DNA of 64,000 nucleotides, from positions 8,902-72,901 of the forward strand of contig DASXVG010000083.1 in assembly GCA_036504355.1 (NCBI GenBank). The letters run 5' to 3'. Shown piece after piece: positions 1 to 8,711 of the stretch (the stretch's first letter is position 1; every line of letters begins with the position of its first letter). A program made the position numbers and the translations under genes. Under the pieces are notes generated by a model. The model saw only the letters and a program-made list of their open reading frames with translations, was not told where the DNA came from and did not search any database. The DNA comes from Candidatus Limnocylindrales bacterium (GTDB taxonomy: Bacteria; Chloroflexota; Limnocylindria; Limnocylindrales; CSP1-4).

Positions 1-1
1 G

Positions 2-247
2 GTCGAGGACGCCCTGCGGGGCAGCTTCCTCCGGGTCCGCGTCCGCGATGGCAGCCAGCCCGCCCTGACCGAGGGAGCGCTGCCTCCCGCCGAGACGATC
101 GCCGGGGCGTTCATCCGCAACGTCGAGGGCCGGATCGCGGACCTCGAGGCGTCCGGGGACACGCTCGGCGAGCGCGAGGCGCACGAGCTGCGCGACGTGC
201 TCCGCCTCGGCCGCCTGCTGCTCGCCGGAGAGGAGGTCACGCTGTGA
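2..247 (+). CDS. 3' end of an upstream gene (partial). Possibly the nuclease/metallophosphoesterase partner of the downstream SMC-like ATPase.
   Basis: Frame is open from the window edge with high third-position GC. Stop TGA 245-247 overlaps the GTG start of the next gene (GTGA). The product guess rests only on operon context; no catalytic motif is visible in the 81 aa. Confidence 0.5.
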   Translation, partial: VEDALRGSFLRVRVRDGSQPALTEGALPPAETIAGAFIRNVEGRIADLEASGDTLGEREAHELRDVLRLGRLLLAGEEVTL

Positions 248-2430
248 GGATCACCGACCTCACCCTGCGCGACCTGCGCCGGTACCAGGACGCCCAGCTC
301 GACCTCGCGCCCGGGCTCACGATCGTCCGCGGCCCCAACGAGGCCGGCAAGTCGACGCTCCAGCGGGCGATCGAGCTCGCCCTCACGCGCAAGGTCACGA
401 GCTCGGCCGCAGACCTCGCGACGCTCCAGCCGTGGGACGGCGGGGCCGACGCCCGGACCTCCATCGCGATGGGCTTCACGTGGGACGACGAGGAGGGCGG
501 CGCCCATGAAGGTCGCCTCGAGAAGTCGTTCCGTGGTGCAAAGGGCGAGGTCCGCCTCGAGCTCGACGGCGAGGTGATCACCGACCCGGCGCGGGCGGAC
601 GAGCTGCTCGCGGAGCTCTCGGGCGTGCCCACGGAGGGCTTCTTCCGCTCGACCGCCTCGATCCGCCACCACGAGCTGGCCGCGCTCCAGCGCGACGAGG
701 GCGCCCTCCGGGACCGTCTCCAGGCGTCGATCTCGGGCGCCGACCGGGGCACCAGCCGGGCGCGCAAGAAGCTGGACCGCGCGCTCTACGCGCTCCAGAC
801 CAAGGGGACCAAGAACCCCGGCCGTCTCAAGACCGCCGAGGACGCGGTGAACGACGTCACGGCGAAGCTCCAGGCGGGCGAGGACGCGCTCGCGCACCTC
901 GAGCGGGACCGCGACGCTCTCGCCGTCGCCCGCGAGCGGCGGGCGGAGTCGGACACCGCCCTCACGGAGCGTCGCGCCCTGCTCGAGAAGGCGCGCCAGG
1001 CCGAGCGCCTCATCGCGGAGCGGACCGCGGCCCAGGAGCGCTTCGAGCGCTACCGGTCTGCCGTCATCGTCCGGGACGAGATCACGGAGCTGGATCGCTC
1101 GCACCCGTCGCCGACGCCGCTCCCCGTGCTCAAATCCACGGTCGAGCGCCTGCGCTCCGTGGACAGCAAGGTGAGCACGTTCACCGCGATGCTCGAGGGC
1201 GAGGTCCAGGTCAGCTTCGACGTGCCGCCCGAGGTCCGCTGGCGCCCGCTGTCGCGCTGGGCCCTGGTCCTGATCGCCATCGGCGTCATCGTCGCCGTCG
1301 TTGGCTTCGTCCTCCCGCTCGTCGGGGTCGCGGCGGCCGGCATGGTGCCCGTCTACGCCGGCGGCGCGGTCGCGGGCATCGGCCTGGTGCTCGCGCTGGT
1401 CGGGTTCTGGCTGCGGCGCGGCGACCGCGTCCACAGCCAGCTCAAGGACGCCGAGGTCAACCGCCGGCTGCGTGGCCGCTCGGAGATCGAGCAGGACCTG
1501 CGCGAGGCCCAGGCGGAGCACGACGACCTGCTGTCGCGACTCGGCCTCGAGACGAGCGAGGAGGCCGAGGAGCGGCTGGCGGCGCAGGAGGCGCATGTCG
1601 CCGAGATCGAGACCCGCCGGGCGCACCTTTCGGGCCTGATCGGCGAGGAGCCGCTCGACGCGCTGCCCGGTCGGCGCGACACGGCGGCACTCGAGGTCGA
1701 CCAGAAGACCTCGGCGCTCGACGCGCTGGGGCCCATCGCAAAGGAGCCGCGGGCGCGCGAGCGCCTCGAGGTGGAGGTCTCTGATGCCGAGCGGGCGCTC
1801 GACCGCGCACGCGATGACGAGGCGACCGCGAAGGCGCGCGTCGAGCAGAACCCCGTCGACGCCGAGGAGGTCGCCGGCCTCGCCGAACGCCTGGCCGGGT
1901 GGAAGGACGAGCTCTCCGCGCTCCGCCGCCGGGAGCGGATCTACGCGCGGACGCTCCAGGAGATCAACGCGGCCGAGCAGACGACGATGCAGCGCGCCAC
2001 CCGCTACCTCGAGCGGCGGATGGTGGGCGACATCGCCCGCATCACGGACGGCCGCTACCGGCGCGTCCGCGTGGACGACACGAACCTGGGCATCGACGTG
2101 TTCTCCCCCGAGCGCAACGACTGGGTGCCCGTGACCGAGCTCTCGCAGGGAACGCTGGACACGATCTATCTCGCGGCCCGGCTCGGGCTCGTGCGGCTCG
2201 TGACGGGCGACAGGCGGCCGCCGCTGATCCTCGACGACCCGTTCGTGACCCTCGACGATGCCCGCGCGCCACGCGCCCTCGAGCTCCTGCGCGAGGTCTC
2301 GGCCGACTTCCAGGTCATCTATCTCACGACGTCGGACCGCTACGACGAGATCGCCGACAAGGTGATCGTCCTCGATGGGCCGACGGCCGCGGACACGCAC
2401 GAGGAGCCGCAGGAGGCGACCCCTGCCTGA
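244..2430 (+). CDS. SMC/SbcC/YhaN-like AAA ATPase with a central transmembrane hairpin
   Basis: 728-aa ORF with N-terminal Walker A GPNEAGKST and long E/R/A/L-rich coiled-coil stretches. Two adjacent hydrophobic helices sit mid-protein (WALVLIAIGVIVAVVGFVLPLVG, VYAGGAVAGIGLVLALVGFWL). The C-terminus has the signature-like LSQGTLD and Walker B PPLILDDPF. Confidence 0.85.
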   Translation: MRITDLTLRDLRRYQDAQLDLAPGLTIVRGPNEAGKSTLQRAIELALTRKVTSSAADLATLQPWDGGADARTSIAMGFTWDDEEGGAHEGRLEKSFRGAKGEVRLELDGEVITDPARADELLAELSGVPTEGFFRSTASIRHHELAALQRDEGALRDRLQASISGADRGTSRARKKLDRALYALQTKGTKNPGRLKTAEDAVNDVTAKLQAGEDALAHLERDRDALAVARERRAESDTALTERRALLEKARQAERLIAERTAAQERFERYRSAVIVRDEITELDRSHPSPTPLPVLKSTVERLRSVDSKVSTFTAMLEGEVQVSFDVPPEVRWRPLSRWALVLIAIGVIVAVVGFVLPLVGVAAAGMVPVYAGGAVAGIGLVLALVGFWLRRGDRVHSQLKDAEVNRRLRGRSEIEQDLREAQAEHDDLLSRLGLETSEEAEERLAAQEAHVAEIETRRAHLSGLIGEEPLDALPGRRDTAALEVDQKTSALDALGPIAKEPRARERLEVEVSDAERALDRARDDEATAKARVEQNPVDAEEVAGLAERLAGWKDELSALRRRERIYARTLQEINAAEQTTMQRATRYLERRMVGDIARITDGRYRRVRVDDTNLGIDVFSPERNDWVPVTELSQGTLDTIYLAARLGLVRLVTGDRRPPLILDDPFVTLDDARAPRALELLREVSADFQVIYLTTSDRYDEIADKVIVLDGPTAADTHEEPQEATPA

Positions 2431-3292
2431 CCCGTTCGGGCCGGGCTCAGCCGTCATCCTTCTCGGCCTCGCGAGCGCACTGGCGTGGGGCGCAGGCGAC
2501 TTCGGTGGCGGGACGATCGCGCGCCGTGCGCCGGTGCTGGGCATCGTCCTCGGGACCCAGCTCGTCGGGATGGTCATCGCGCTCGCGATCGCGCTCGCAC
2601 GCGGCGAGCCGTTCCCGCAGGGGTCGGACCTCGGCTGGTCGATCGTCGCCGGCCTGGCCGGCGTCATCGGGATCACGACGCTGTACCGCGGCCTCGCGGT
2701 CGGCCGGATGGGCGTGGTCGCGCCCACGACGGGCGTCATCGCCGCGGTCATCCCCGTCGTCGTCGGGTTCGTGCTCGAGGGCGTCCCGCGGCCCGCGACC
2801 GTCGCCGGGATCCTGATCGCGCTCGTCGCGGTCGTGCTCGTGACGCGCGCCCCGAGCCACGACGATGGCCGTTCGTCCGGGCTGCCGTGGGCGCTCGCGT
2901 CGGGCCTCATGATCGGCGTCTTCAACGTGTGCATCGGCCAGCTGTCGGGGGAGAGCGCCCTCGCGCCGCTCGTCGTCATCCGGCTCGTCCAGGCGATCGC
3001 GCTGGTGACGTTCGTGCTCGTCGCGCGCCAGCCGTGGCGAGTGGGCCGGAATCTCCTGCCGCTGCTCGTCGTCGTGGGCGCGCTCGACATGACCGGCAAC
3101 GCCGCGTTCATCCTCGCGACGCAGGCAGGGCAGCTCGCGATCGCCGCCGTCCTCTCCTCGCTCTACCCGGTGACCACGGTCATCCTCGCGATCGCGATCC
3201 ACCGCGAGCGGCTGACCCGCAGCCACGTGGCCGGCATCGCGCTCACGGCGGTGGCGATCGCCCTGATCGGGCTCGGCACCGCTACGCTGTGA
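2375..3292 (+). CDS. EamA/DMT family transporter
   Basis: Polytopic hydrophobic protein with two EamA-like halves (ASALAWGAGDFGGG..., ...LSSLYPVTTVILAIAIHRERL). ATG 2375 overlaps the upstream gene by 56 nt. No ATG/GTG lies between it and the first helix, so the start is uncertain. Confidence 0.85.
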   Translation: MGRRPRTRTRSRRRRPLPDPFGPGSAVILLGLASALAWGAGDFGGGTIARRAPVLGIVLGTQLVGMVIALAIALARGEPFPQGSDLGWSIVAGLAGVIGITTLYRGLAVGRMGVVAPTTGVIAAVIPVVVGFVLEGVPRPATVAGILIALVAVVLVTRAPSHDDGRSSGLPWALASGLMIGVFNVCIGQLSGESALAPLVVIRLVQAIALVTFVLVARQPWRVGRNLLPLLVVVGALDMTGNAAFILATQAGQLAIAAVLSSLYPVTTVILAIAIHRERLTRSHVAGIALTAVAIALIGLGTATL

Positions 3293-3294
3293 CG

Positions 3295-3612
3295 ATGACC
3301 GACACGCCAGCGCCCGACCACGCGATCGAGCCCGCCTGGCTCGTCGAGTGCACGTACGCGCCCGACGCGGAGGAGACCCGCGTCCCGTTCCGCGCGGCGC
3401 ACCTCGCTCGAGCCGCGGAGCTCAAGCGGCAAGGCGTGATCATCGAGGTCGGGGCGTTCGCGGACGTGTCCGCGTCCGTGCTCATCATCCGCGCCGCGAC
3501 CGAGGCGGACGCGCTCGAGGTCTGCCGCCAGGACGTGTACATGCAGAACGGCGTCTGGGTGGAGCTCCGGGCGAAGCCGTTCGGACGGCTGCGGCTCGCC
3601 GAGGAAGGCTGA
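3295..3612 (+). CDS. YciI-like protein
   Basis: 105 aa with a YciI-like pattern (RVPFRAAHLARAAELKRQGVIIEVGAF...EADALEVCRQDVYMQNGVW). ATG lies 3 nt after the DMT stop. Confidence 0.8.
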   Translation: MTDTPAPDHAIEPAWLVECTYAPDAEETRVPFRAAHLARAAELKRQGVIIEVGAFADVSASVLIIRAATEADALEVCRQDVYMQNGVWVELRAKPFGRLRLAEEG

Positions 3613-3622
3613 CCAGGCGCGC

Positions 3623-4168
3623 TCAGCGGGGCCGGGCCGGCTCGCGGCGCACCAGCACCCGGTCCACGTCCTCCGCTGCGGAGAGCCGGTGGACGGCGGC
3701 GAATCCGGGCCACCCGGTCTCGCGCTCGCGTTCGATCGTCCGGGAAAGATCGCCGAGCTGGGCCAGGACCGCCGCATCGGGGATCGCCGCGCTGCCGTCC
3801 CTTGCCAGGTTGCGCGCCCGCACGAGGTCGGCGGGCAGGTCGAGCACGATCGCGACCGCGGGGACGCGGGCGGCAGCCGCGCGTGCCAGGAGCCCCCGGC
3901 GCGCGTAGGCGGTCAAGCTCGTCGCGTCCACGACCGTCAGCTGCCCGGCCGCGAGGCGTCGCCCGAGCGAGCGGTGGAGCGCGGCGAAGGCCGGTCGGGT
4001 CGCGCGCTGATCCGCGGCGTCGCCCGAGACAAGGGCTCGGAACACGTCCGAGGAGAGCACCTCGCCGGGCGCGAAGTGCCGTGCTGCGAACGTGGACTTG
4101 CCGGCGCCGGCCGCGCCCACGAGCACGACGAGCGACGGGTCGGGCACGACGATCACGAGCGGGTCCAT
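3623..4168 (-). CDS. Stand-alone polynucleotide 5'-kinase-like P-loop protein (homologue of the Pnkp kinase domain)
   Basis: 181 aa: SLVVLVGAAGAGKSTFAARHFAPGEVLSSDVFRALVSGDAADQ...LTVVDATSL...VPAVAIVLDLP...RARNLAR. It is co-linear with my recollection of the Clostridium thermocellum Pnkp kinase module. The rest of the 465-aa track ORF is upstream non-coding read-through. Confidence 0.8.
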   Translation of the reverse strand: MDPLVIVVPDPSLVVLVGAAGAGKSTFAARHFAPGEVLSSDVFRALVSGDAADQRATRPAFAALHRSLGRRLAAGQLTVVDATSLTAYARRGLLARAAAARVPAVAIVLDLPADLVRARNLARDGSAAIPDAAVLAQLGDLSRTIERERETGWPGFAAVHRLSAAEDVDRVLVRREPARPR

Positions 4169-4226
4169 GGCGCGATGATGACGTCCCGCCGCCCGTCCGG
4201 GGACCCCGCTCGTGCGAAGGAGAGGC

Positions 4227-5639
4227 ATGCCGAGCATCGCGATCGCCTGGTTTCGCCGTGACCTGCGCCTCCACGACCATCCGGCCCTCACCGCGACCAT
4301 CGAGGCCGCCGACGTGGTGATCCCGCTGTTCGTGTTCGACGAGACGCTGCTCGGCGGGCGGTTCGCATCCGCCAACCGGACGTGGTTCATGCGCGAGAGC
4401 GTCGCCGGGCTGTCGCGCGCGCTGGCCGAGCGCGGAGCCGCCCTCCGGCTCGTCGTCGGGCGGCCCGCCGACGTGGTCCCGGCGTTCGCGTGCGAGACGG
4501 GCGCGACCCAGGTTTTCGTGACCCGCGACGCGGCCCCGTACGGCCGGCGGCGGGACCGCGAGCTGGCGCACAGGCTGGCTGCCGACGGCGTCACCATGCG
4601 GGCGAGGCGGGGGCTGTACGTCCACGAGCCCGACGAGGTCCTGACCCGGGATGGCCGCCCGTTCACCGTGTACAGCCCGTTCCGCCGCGCGTGGGAGGCG
4701 CTCGAGCGAAGGCCGGTCCTGGCCGCGCCCGACCGGATCCCGGGCCCGGCGACCGGTGCGCGACGCCGCGACCCGATCCCCGAGGTGCCGCCGCCGACCG
4801 CCGACCGAGCCCTCATCCCAGTCCCGGGCGAGGCCGCGGCGCGCGATCGCCTGGCTGCCTGGCTCGCCCGAGGCGTCGACGGGTACGCGGACACGCGGAA
4901 CCGGCTGGACGACGAGGACGGCACGTCGCGCCTGTCCCAGGACCTGCGCTGGGGGCTGCTCTCGCCGCTCGAGATCGTCGAGCGGGCGGACGGTGCGGGC
5001 GAGGGCCGTCGCGTGTTCACCGGCGAGGTCGTCTGGCGGGAGTTCTACGCGCACGTGCTGTGGCACTACCCGCGCGTGCTGCACGAGCCGTTCCAGGAGG
5101 CGTTCGCCGGGCTTCGAGTCGCCGACGACCCGGCGGCGCTCGAGGCCTGGGCGGCGGGCCGGACCGGCTACCCGATCGTCGATGCGGCGATGCGCCAGCT
5201 CCGCGCGTCGGGCTTCGTGCACAACCGCGCCCGGATGATCGCGGCCAGCTTCCTGGCCAAGGACCTCCTGCTGGGCTACCGCCTCGGCGAGGCCGAGTTC
5301 ATGCGCCATCTCACGGACGGCGACGTGGCGTCGAACAATGGCGGCTGGCAGTGGACGGCGTCGACGGGCACGGACCCGCAGCCCTACTTCCGGATCTTCA
5401 ACCCGGTGCTCCAGGGCCGCCGCTTCGACCCCGACGGGGCCTATGTGCGCCGCTGGGTGCCCGAGCTCGCCCTCGTCCCTGGCGCCCGCATCCACGAGCC
5501 GTGGACGATGACCGCGGACGAGCAGACGGCGGCGCGCGTGCGGATCGGCACGGACTACCCGGCCCCGATCGTGGATCACCCGAGCGCACGCGAACGGGCG
5601 CTCGCGGCATACGCGGCCGCAAGGGTCGCGGCCCAGTAG
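4227..5639 (+). CDS. phr: Deoxyribodipyrimidine photolyase (photolyase/cryptochrome family)
   Basis: IAWFRRDLRLHDHPAL at the N-terminus and the FAD-binding C-terminus ...ASNNGGWQWTASTGTDPQPYFRIFNPVLQGRRFDPDGAYVRRWVPEL. SD AAGGAG lies 5 nt upstream of ATG 4227. Confidence 0.93.
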   Translation: MPSIAIAWFRRDLRLHDHPALTATIEAADVVIPLFVFDETLLGGRFASANRTWFMRESVAGLSRALAERGAALRLVVGRPADVVPAFACETGATQVFVTRDAAPYGRRRDRELAHRLAADGVTMRARRGLYVHEPDEVLTRDGRPFTVYSPFRRAWEALERRPVLAAPDRIPGPATGARRRDPIPEVPPPTADRALIPVPGEAAARDRLAAWLARGVDGYADTRNRLDDEDGTSRLSQDLRWGLLSPLEIVERADGAGEGRRVFTGEVVWREFYAHVLWHYPRVLHEPFQEAFAGLRVADDPAALEAWAAGRTGYPIVDAAMRQLRASGFVHNRARMIAASFLAKDLLLGYRLGEAEFMRHLTDGDVASNNGGWQWTASTGTDPQPYFRIFNPVLQGRRFDPDGAYVRRWVPELALVPGARIHEPWTMTADEQTAARVRIGTDYPAPIVDHPSARERALAAYAAARVAAQ

Positions 5640-5755
5640 GTGGACCCGCGTGCCCGTCACCCCCCGACCTCGACGGGCACGCGGTCCTCCTGCGACGCCG
5701 AGGCGGCCGGCGGCGTGACGTCCTTCACGCCGCCGGCGTCCGGTACCTTCGCCCG

Positions 5756-7009
5756 ATGAGCTCGTCGCCGCCGCGCAACACCCAGGACTGGCGCGTCCTC
5801 GTCGCCGTGTTCTGGGTCACCCAGCTCATCGAGAGCCTCGGCGTCAGCCAGGTGTTCGCGCTGCTGCCGTCGTACCTGCGCGAGCTCGGCGTCCCGGAGG
5901 CGGATCGGCTGGCGTTCGTCGGCCTGTACGGGTCGCTGGTGTTCGTGCTCGGCCTGCCGCTCGTCCCGCTGTGGGGCGTGTGGGCGGACAAGTACAGCCG
6001 CAAGGCGGTGATCGTCCGGAGCGCGCTCGTGGAGATGGGCGTGTTCGGAGTTGCGGCGCTCGCCCGGGAGCCCTGGGTGATGGCGCTGGCGGTCCTCGGG
6101 ATCGGGTTCCAGCTTGGCAACACGGGCGTGATGCTCGCGGCGATCCGCGACGTCAGTCCGCACCACCGCGTCGGCACCACGATCGCCATCTTCGGGGCCG
6201 CGGGGCCGATCGGCTTCGCGGTCGGACCGGCGCTCGCGGGCCTCCTCATCGACGGCGCAGGCTGGCCGATCGCGGGCGTGTTCGGGCTGTCGGCGGTCTT
6301 CTCGCTCGGGACCGCCCTGCTCGTCTGGTTCGGCACCCGCGAGGTGCGGCCGGCGGTCGTTCCCGAAGGCGGCACGATCGCGCTCGCGTTCGGCGCCCTG
6401 CGGGGCGTGCTCGACGACCACATCGTGCGCCGGCTGTTCCTCGTATATGGGGTCGTGTTCCTCGCGAACCAGGTGTCGCGGCCGTACACCCCGGTGCTGG
6501 TGGAGGGGATCGTCGGCACGGGCCCCGGGCTCGCGGCGTCGATCGGGGTCGTCATGGGCGTGGCGTCGCTGGTGGGTGCGCTCATGTCGCCGCTGGCGGG
6601 CTACCTGGGCGATCGGGTCGGGTTCCGGCCGGTCCTCGTCGTCGCGCTCGTGGCGGGCTCGGCGGCGAGCCTCCTGATGCCGCTCATGCCGGCGCTCGCG
6701 CCACTCGCGGGGGCCGCCCTGCTGCTCGGGGCGGCGGCCGCGACGACGGGCGCAATGGTGTTCAGCCTGCTCGCGACCGAGGTCCCGGTCGAGCGCCGTT
6801 CCCAGACGCTCAACCTCGTCTACCTGCCGCTGTACATCGCTGGGATCATCGGGCCGGCCGTCGGGGCGGCGATCGCAGCCCTCGCCGGGCCGCGGGGGCC
6901 ATTCGTGGCGGGTGCCATCGTATTCGCGGCCGGGGCGATCGCCGTGGCGTCGAAACGGAGCGTCGGCGCGAGGCGGGCCGCGGAGGAGGTGCCCACGCCG
7001 CTCGGCTGA
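5756..7009 (+). CDS. MFS transporter
   Basis: 417 aa with about 12 hydrophobic helices and the motif GVWADKYSRK after TM2. It is only the last part of the 875-aa track ORF. TACCTT-6 nt-ATG start context. Confidence 0.85.
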   Translation: MSSSPPRNTQDWRVLVAVFWVTQLIESLGVSQVFALLPSYLRELGVPEADRLAFVGLYGSLVFVLGLPLVPLWGVWADKYSRKAVIVRSALVEMGVFGVAALAREPWVMALAVLGIGFQLGNTGVMLAAIRDVSPHHRVGTTIAIFGAAGPIGFAVGPALAGLLIDGAGWPIAGVFGLSAVFSLGTALLVWFGTREVRPAVVPEGGTIALAFGALRGVLDDHIVRRLFLVYGVVFLANQVSRPYTPVLVEGIVGTGPGLAASIGVVMGVASLVGALMSPLAGYLGDRVGFRPVLVVALVAGSAASLLMPLMPALAPLAGAALLLGAAAATTGAMVFSLLATEVPVERRSQTLNLVYLPLYIAGIIGPAVGAAIAALAGPRGPFVAGAIVFAAGAIAVASKRSVGARRAAEEVPTPLG

Positions 7010-7079
7010 GGCGCATCGACCGTCGCGGCGTTCATCCGCCTGCGTTACGATCCGGGCATGCGGACAGGGATGCCTCCAA

Positions 7080-8084
7080 GTGCCGAACATCGCGCTGCGA
7101 CCGCGCCTGCGCGGAGCACGACCGGGCGTCTTCGACGGGTCCCTCGAACCGCTCGCGGCTGACGAGTCCCAGCCGGACGTCATCACCGCCGGTGGCGTCC
7201 GGTGGCTCCACCTGGAGCGTCCCCGCGAAGCGGACCGCGAGTGGCTGGAGCGCGAGTTCGGCTTCCACCCGCTGGCGATCGAGGATGTCGCGTCCCGCAA
7301 CCAGCGACCCAAGCTGGACGCGTACGACGACTACCTGTTCATCGTTCTCCACTTCGCGGTGTTCGACAAGGCCAGTGGCCGGCTCATGACCGCGGAGCTG
7401 GACCTGTTCGTCGGGCCCGACTACCTGATCACCCTTCCCGACCAGACGATCCCGCCGCTCGCGGCGATGTTCGAGCGCTACCGCGAGCGCGAGGAGGTCC
7501 GGACCGGGATCTTCTCCAAGGGGACCGGGTACCTGCTGTACAAGATCGTCGACACCTGCGTCGACGCCTCGTTCCCGATGCTGCGCAAGATGGGCGCGAA
7601 GCTCGATCAGCTCGAGGACGACATCTTCGAGGGACGCTCGGACAAGATCGTCCAGGACATCTCCAACGCGAAGCAGGAGATCATCAACTTCCGCCGTGTC
7701 GTACGCCCGATGCGCGCGGTGCTCAGGGACCTCGAGCGCACGAAGCAGCGGTACATCGAGGACGACCTCGACATCTACTTCGACGACATCACCGATGCCG
7801 CTGAGCGGATCTGGGACGTCCTCGAGAACTACAAGGAGGTCGCGGAGGCGCTCGAGGACTCGAACGAGTCCGTCCTCTCGCACCGTCTCAACGAGTCGCT
7901 CCGGGTGCTGACGGCGTTCAGCGTGGCGATGCTCCCGCTGACGCTGCTGGCGTCGATCTTCGGCATGAACGTGACGCTGCCCGGCCAGCCAGGGAGCCAG
8001 ATCGAGTTCATCGTGATCATCGGGATCATGCTCGTGACGCTGCTCGGCGTGCTGCTGTTCTTCCGCCGCCGCGGATACCTCTAG
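7080..8084 (+). CDS. corA: Magnesium/cobalt transporter CorA
   Basis: CorA layout with HPLAIEDV..., two C-terminal TM helices and the GMN motif (ASIFGMNV). In-frame GTG 7080 chosen because it lies downstream of the MFS stop. Confidence 0.9.
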   Translation: MPNIALRPRLRGARPGVFDGSLEPLAADESQPDVITAGGVRWLHLERPREADREWLEREFGFHPLAIEDVASRNQRPKLDAYDDYLFIVLHFAVFDKASGRLMTAELDLFVGPDYLITLPDQTIPPLAAMFERYREREEVRTGIFSKGTGYLLYKIVDTCVDASFPMLRKMGAKLDQLEDDIFEGRSDKIVQDISNAKQEIINFRRVVRPMRAVLRDLERTKQRYIEDDLDIYFDDITDAAERIWDVLENYKEVAEALEDSNESVLSHRLNESLRVLTAFSVAMLPLTLLASIFGMNVTLPGQPGSQIEFIVIIGIMLVTLLGVLLFFRRRGYL

Positions 8085-8086
8085 GG

Positions 8087-8139
8087 GTCGCGTTTCACCG
8101 GGCGCGTCCGCGTTTCCCCGGGCGCGTCCGCGTTTCCGC
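8087..8139. repeat. Tandem direct repeat, about 20-nt unit, 2.7 copies (GTCSGCGTTTCMCCGGGCGC)
   Basis: Read directly: gtcgcgtttcaccgggcgc / gtccgcgtttccccgggcgc / gtccgcgtttccgc, immediately after the corA stop. Confidence 0.8.
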
Positions 8140-8556
8140 ATCTCGCCGCGCCACGCCGCACCCGCGCCGCACCCCGTCCGGCCCGCCTGTCTCTTCCCAA
8201 GGATCGCAGGGCCGCCCGCCGCGTCATCGCTGCCCCCAATCCTGGCCGGAACGGTCGGGATGTTCGCTCCGCAGGAACAAGCCGGGTGTTGCGGGCATCG
8301 ACGGTCTCCGCCCGTCGCCCCGTGCCAGCGGGCTGTTCCTTCGCAACGGAAACACGCGACGGCGGCGCCGTTCGGCGGCATCCCGTCAGGCACAACTGGA
8401 GCGAGTACTGGCCGGGGATCATCCTCGTTGCCCGGACGATCCGGGCGCACCTACTCGTTCCAGGCGTAGGTGATTGGGATCGCTCCGCCAACACTCGCCC
8501 GAGGCGTAGGTGACTGAAACCTCGCGACCGACGAACCTGAGCGCGAGGACGCGACC

Positions 8557-8663
8557 GCAGCGCGATGGACGGGGCGGATCTGCGGAGAGCCGACCGAGTT
8601 GACGCGCCCGCAGGGCGATTGGCGGGGGCGGATCTGCGGAGACCCGCCCGAGTGGACGCGCCC
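8557..8663. repeat. Two tandem units of about 53 nt sharing the core GGGGCGGATCTGCGGAGA ... GACGCGCCC
   Basis: Unit A is 8557-8609 and unit B is 8610-8663, roughly 80% identical by eye. They lie in a non-coding convergent spacer. Confidence 0.75.
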
Positions 8664-8711
8664 GGATGGATCGCGACCCGCGACGGCGCCCAGTCACGAA
8701 CGACCGGACGT

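Noticed and set aside
3282-5660. 792-aa minus-strand ORF spanning the kinase/photolyase region
   Set aside because: It is antisense shadow of the photolyase gene. The sequence is Arg/Pro/Gly/Ala-rich with no motifs. The plus-strand photolyase has unmistakable family motifs and an SD. Only the 3623-4168 part, in a different minus-strand frame, is a real gene.
4382-7009. 875-aa plus-strand ORF
   Set aside because: Only the last 417 codons (from ATG 5756) are the MFS transporter. The upstream part is an out-of-frame overlap of photolyase with Arg-rich nonsense sequence.
7010-7079. Mg-sensing riboswitch (M-box) upstream of corA
   Set aside because: The spacer is only about 70 nt, far too short for an M-box, and no conserved M-box sequence was recognised.
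5657-8450. Minus-strand ORFs 5657-7312 (551 aa) and 7032-8450 (472 aa)
   Set aside because: They are shadows of the MFS and corA genes, extremely Arg/Asp/Glu/His-rich with no domain signatures.
8087-8663. Possible CRISPR array in the corA / citrate-synthase spacer
   Set aside because: The repeats are directly tandem with no unique spacers, occur in only 2-3 copies, and belong to different families. There are no cas genes in the window.
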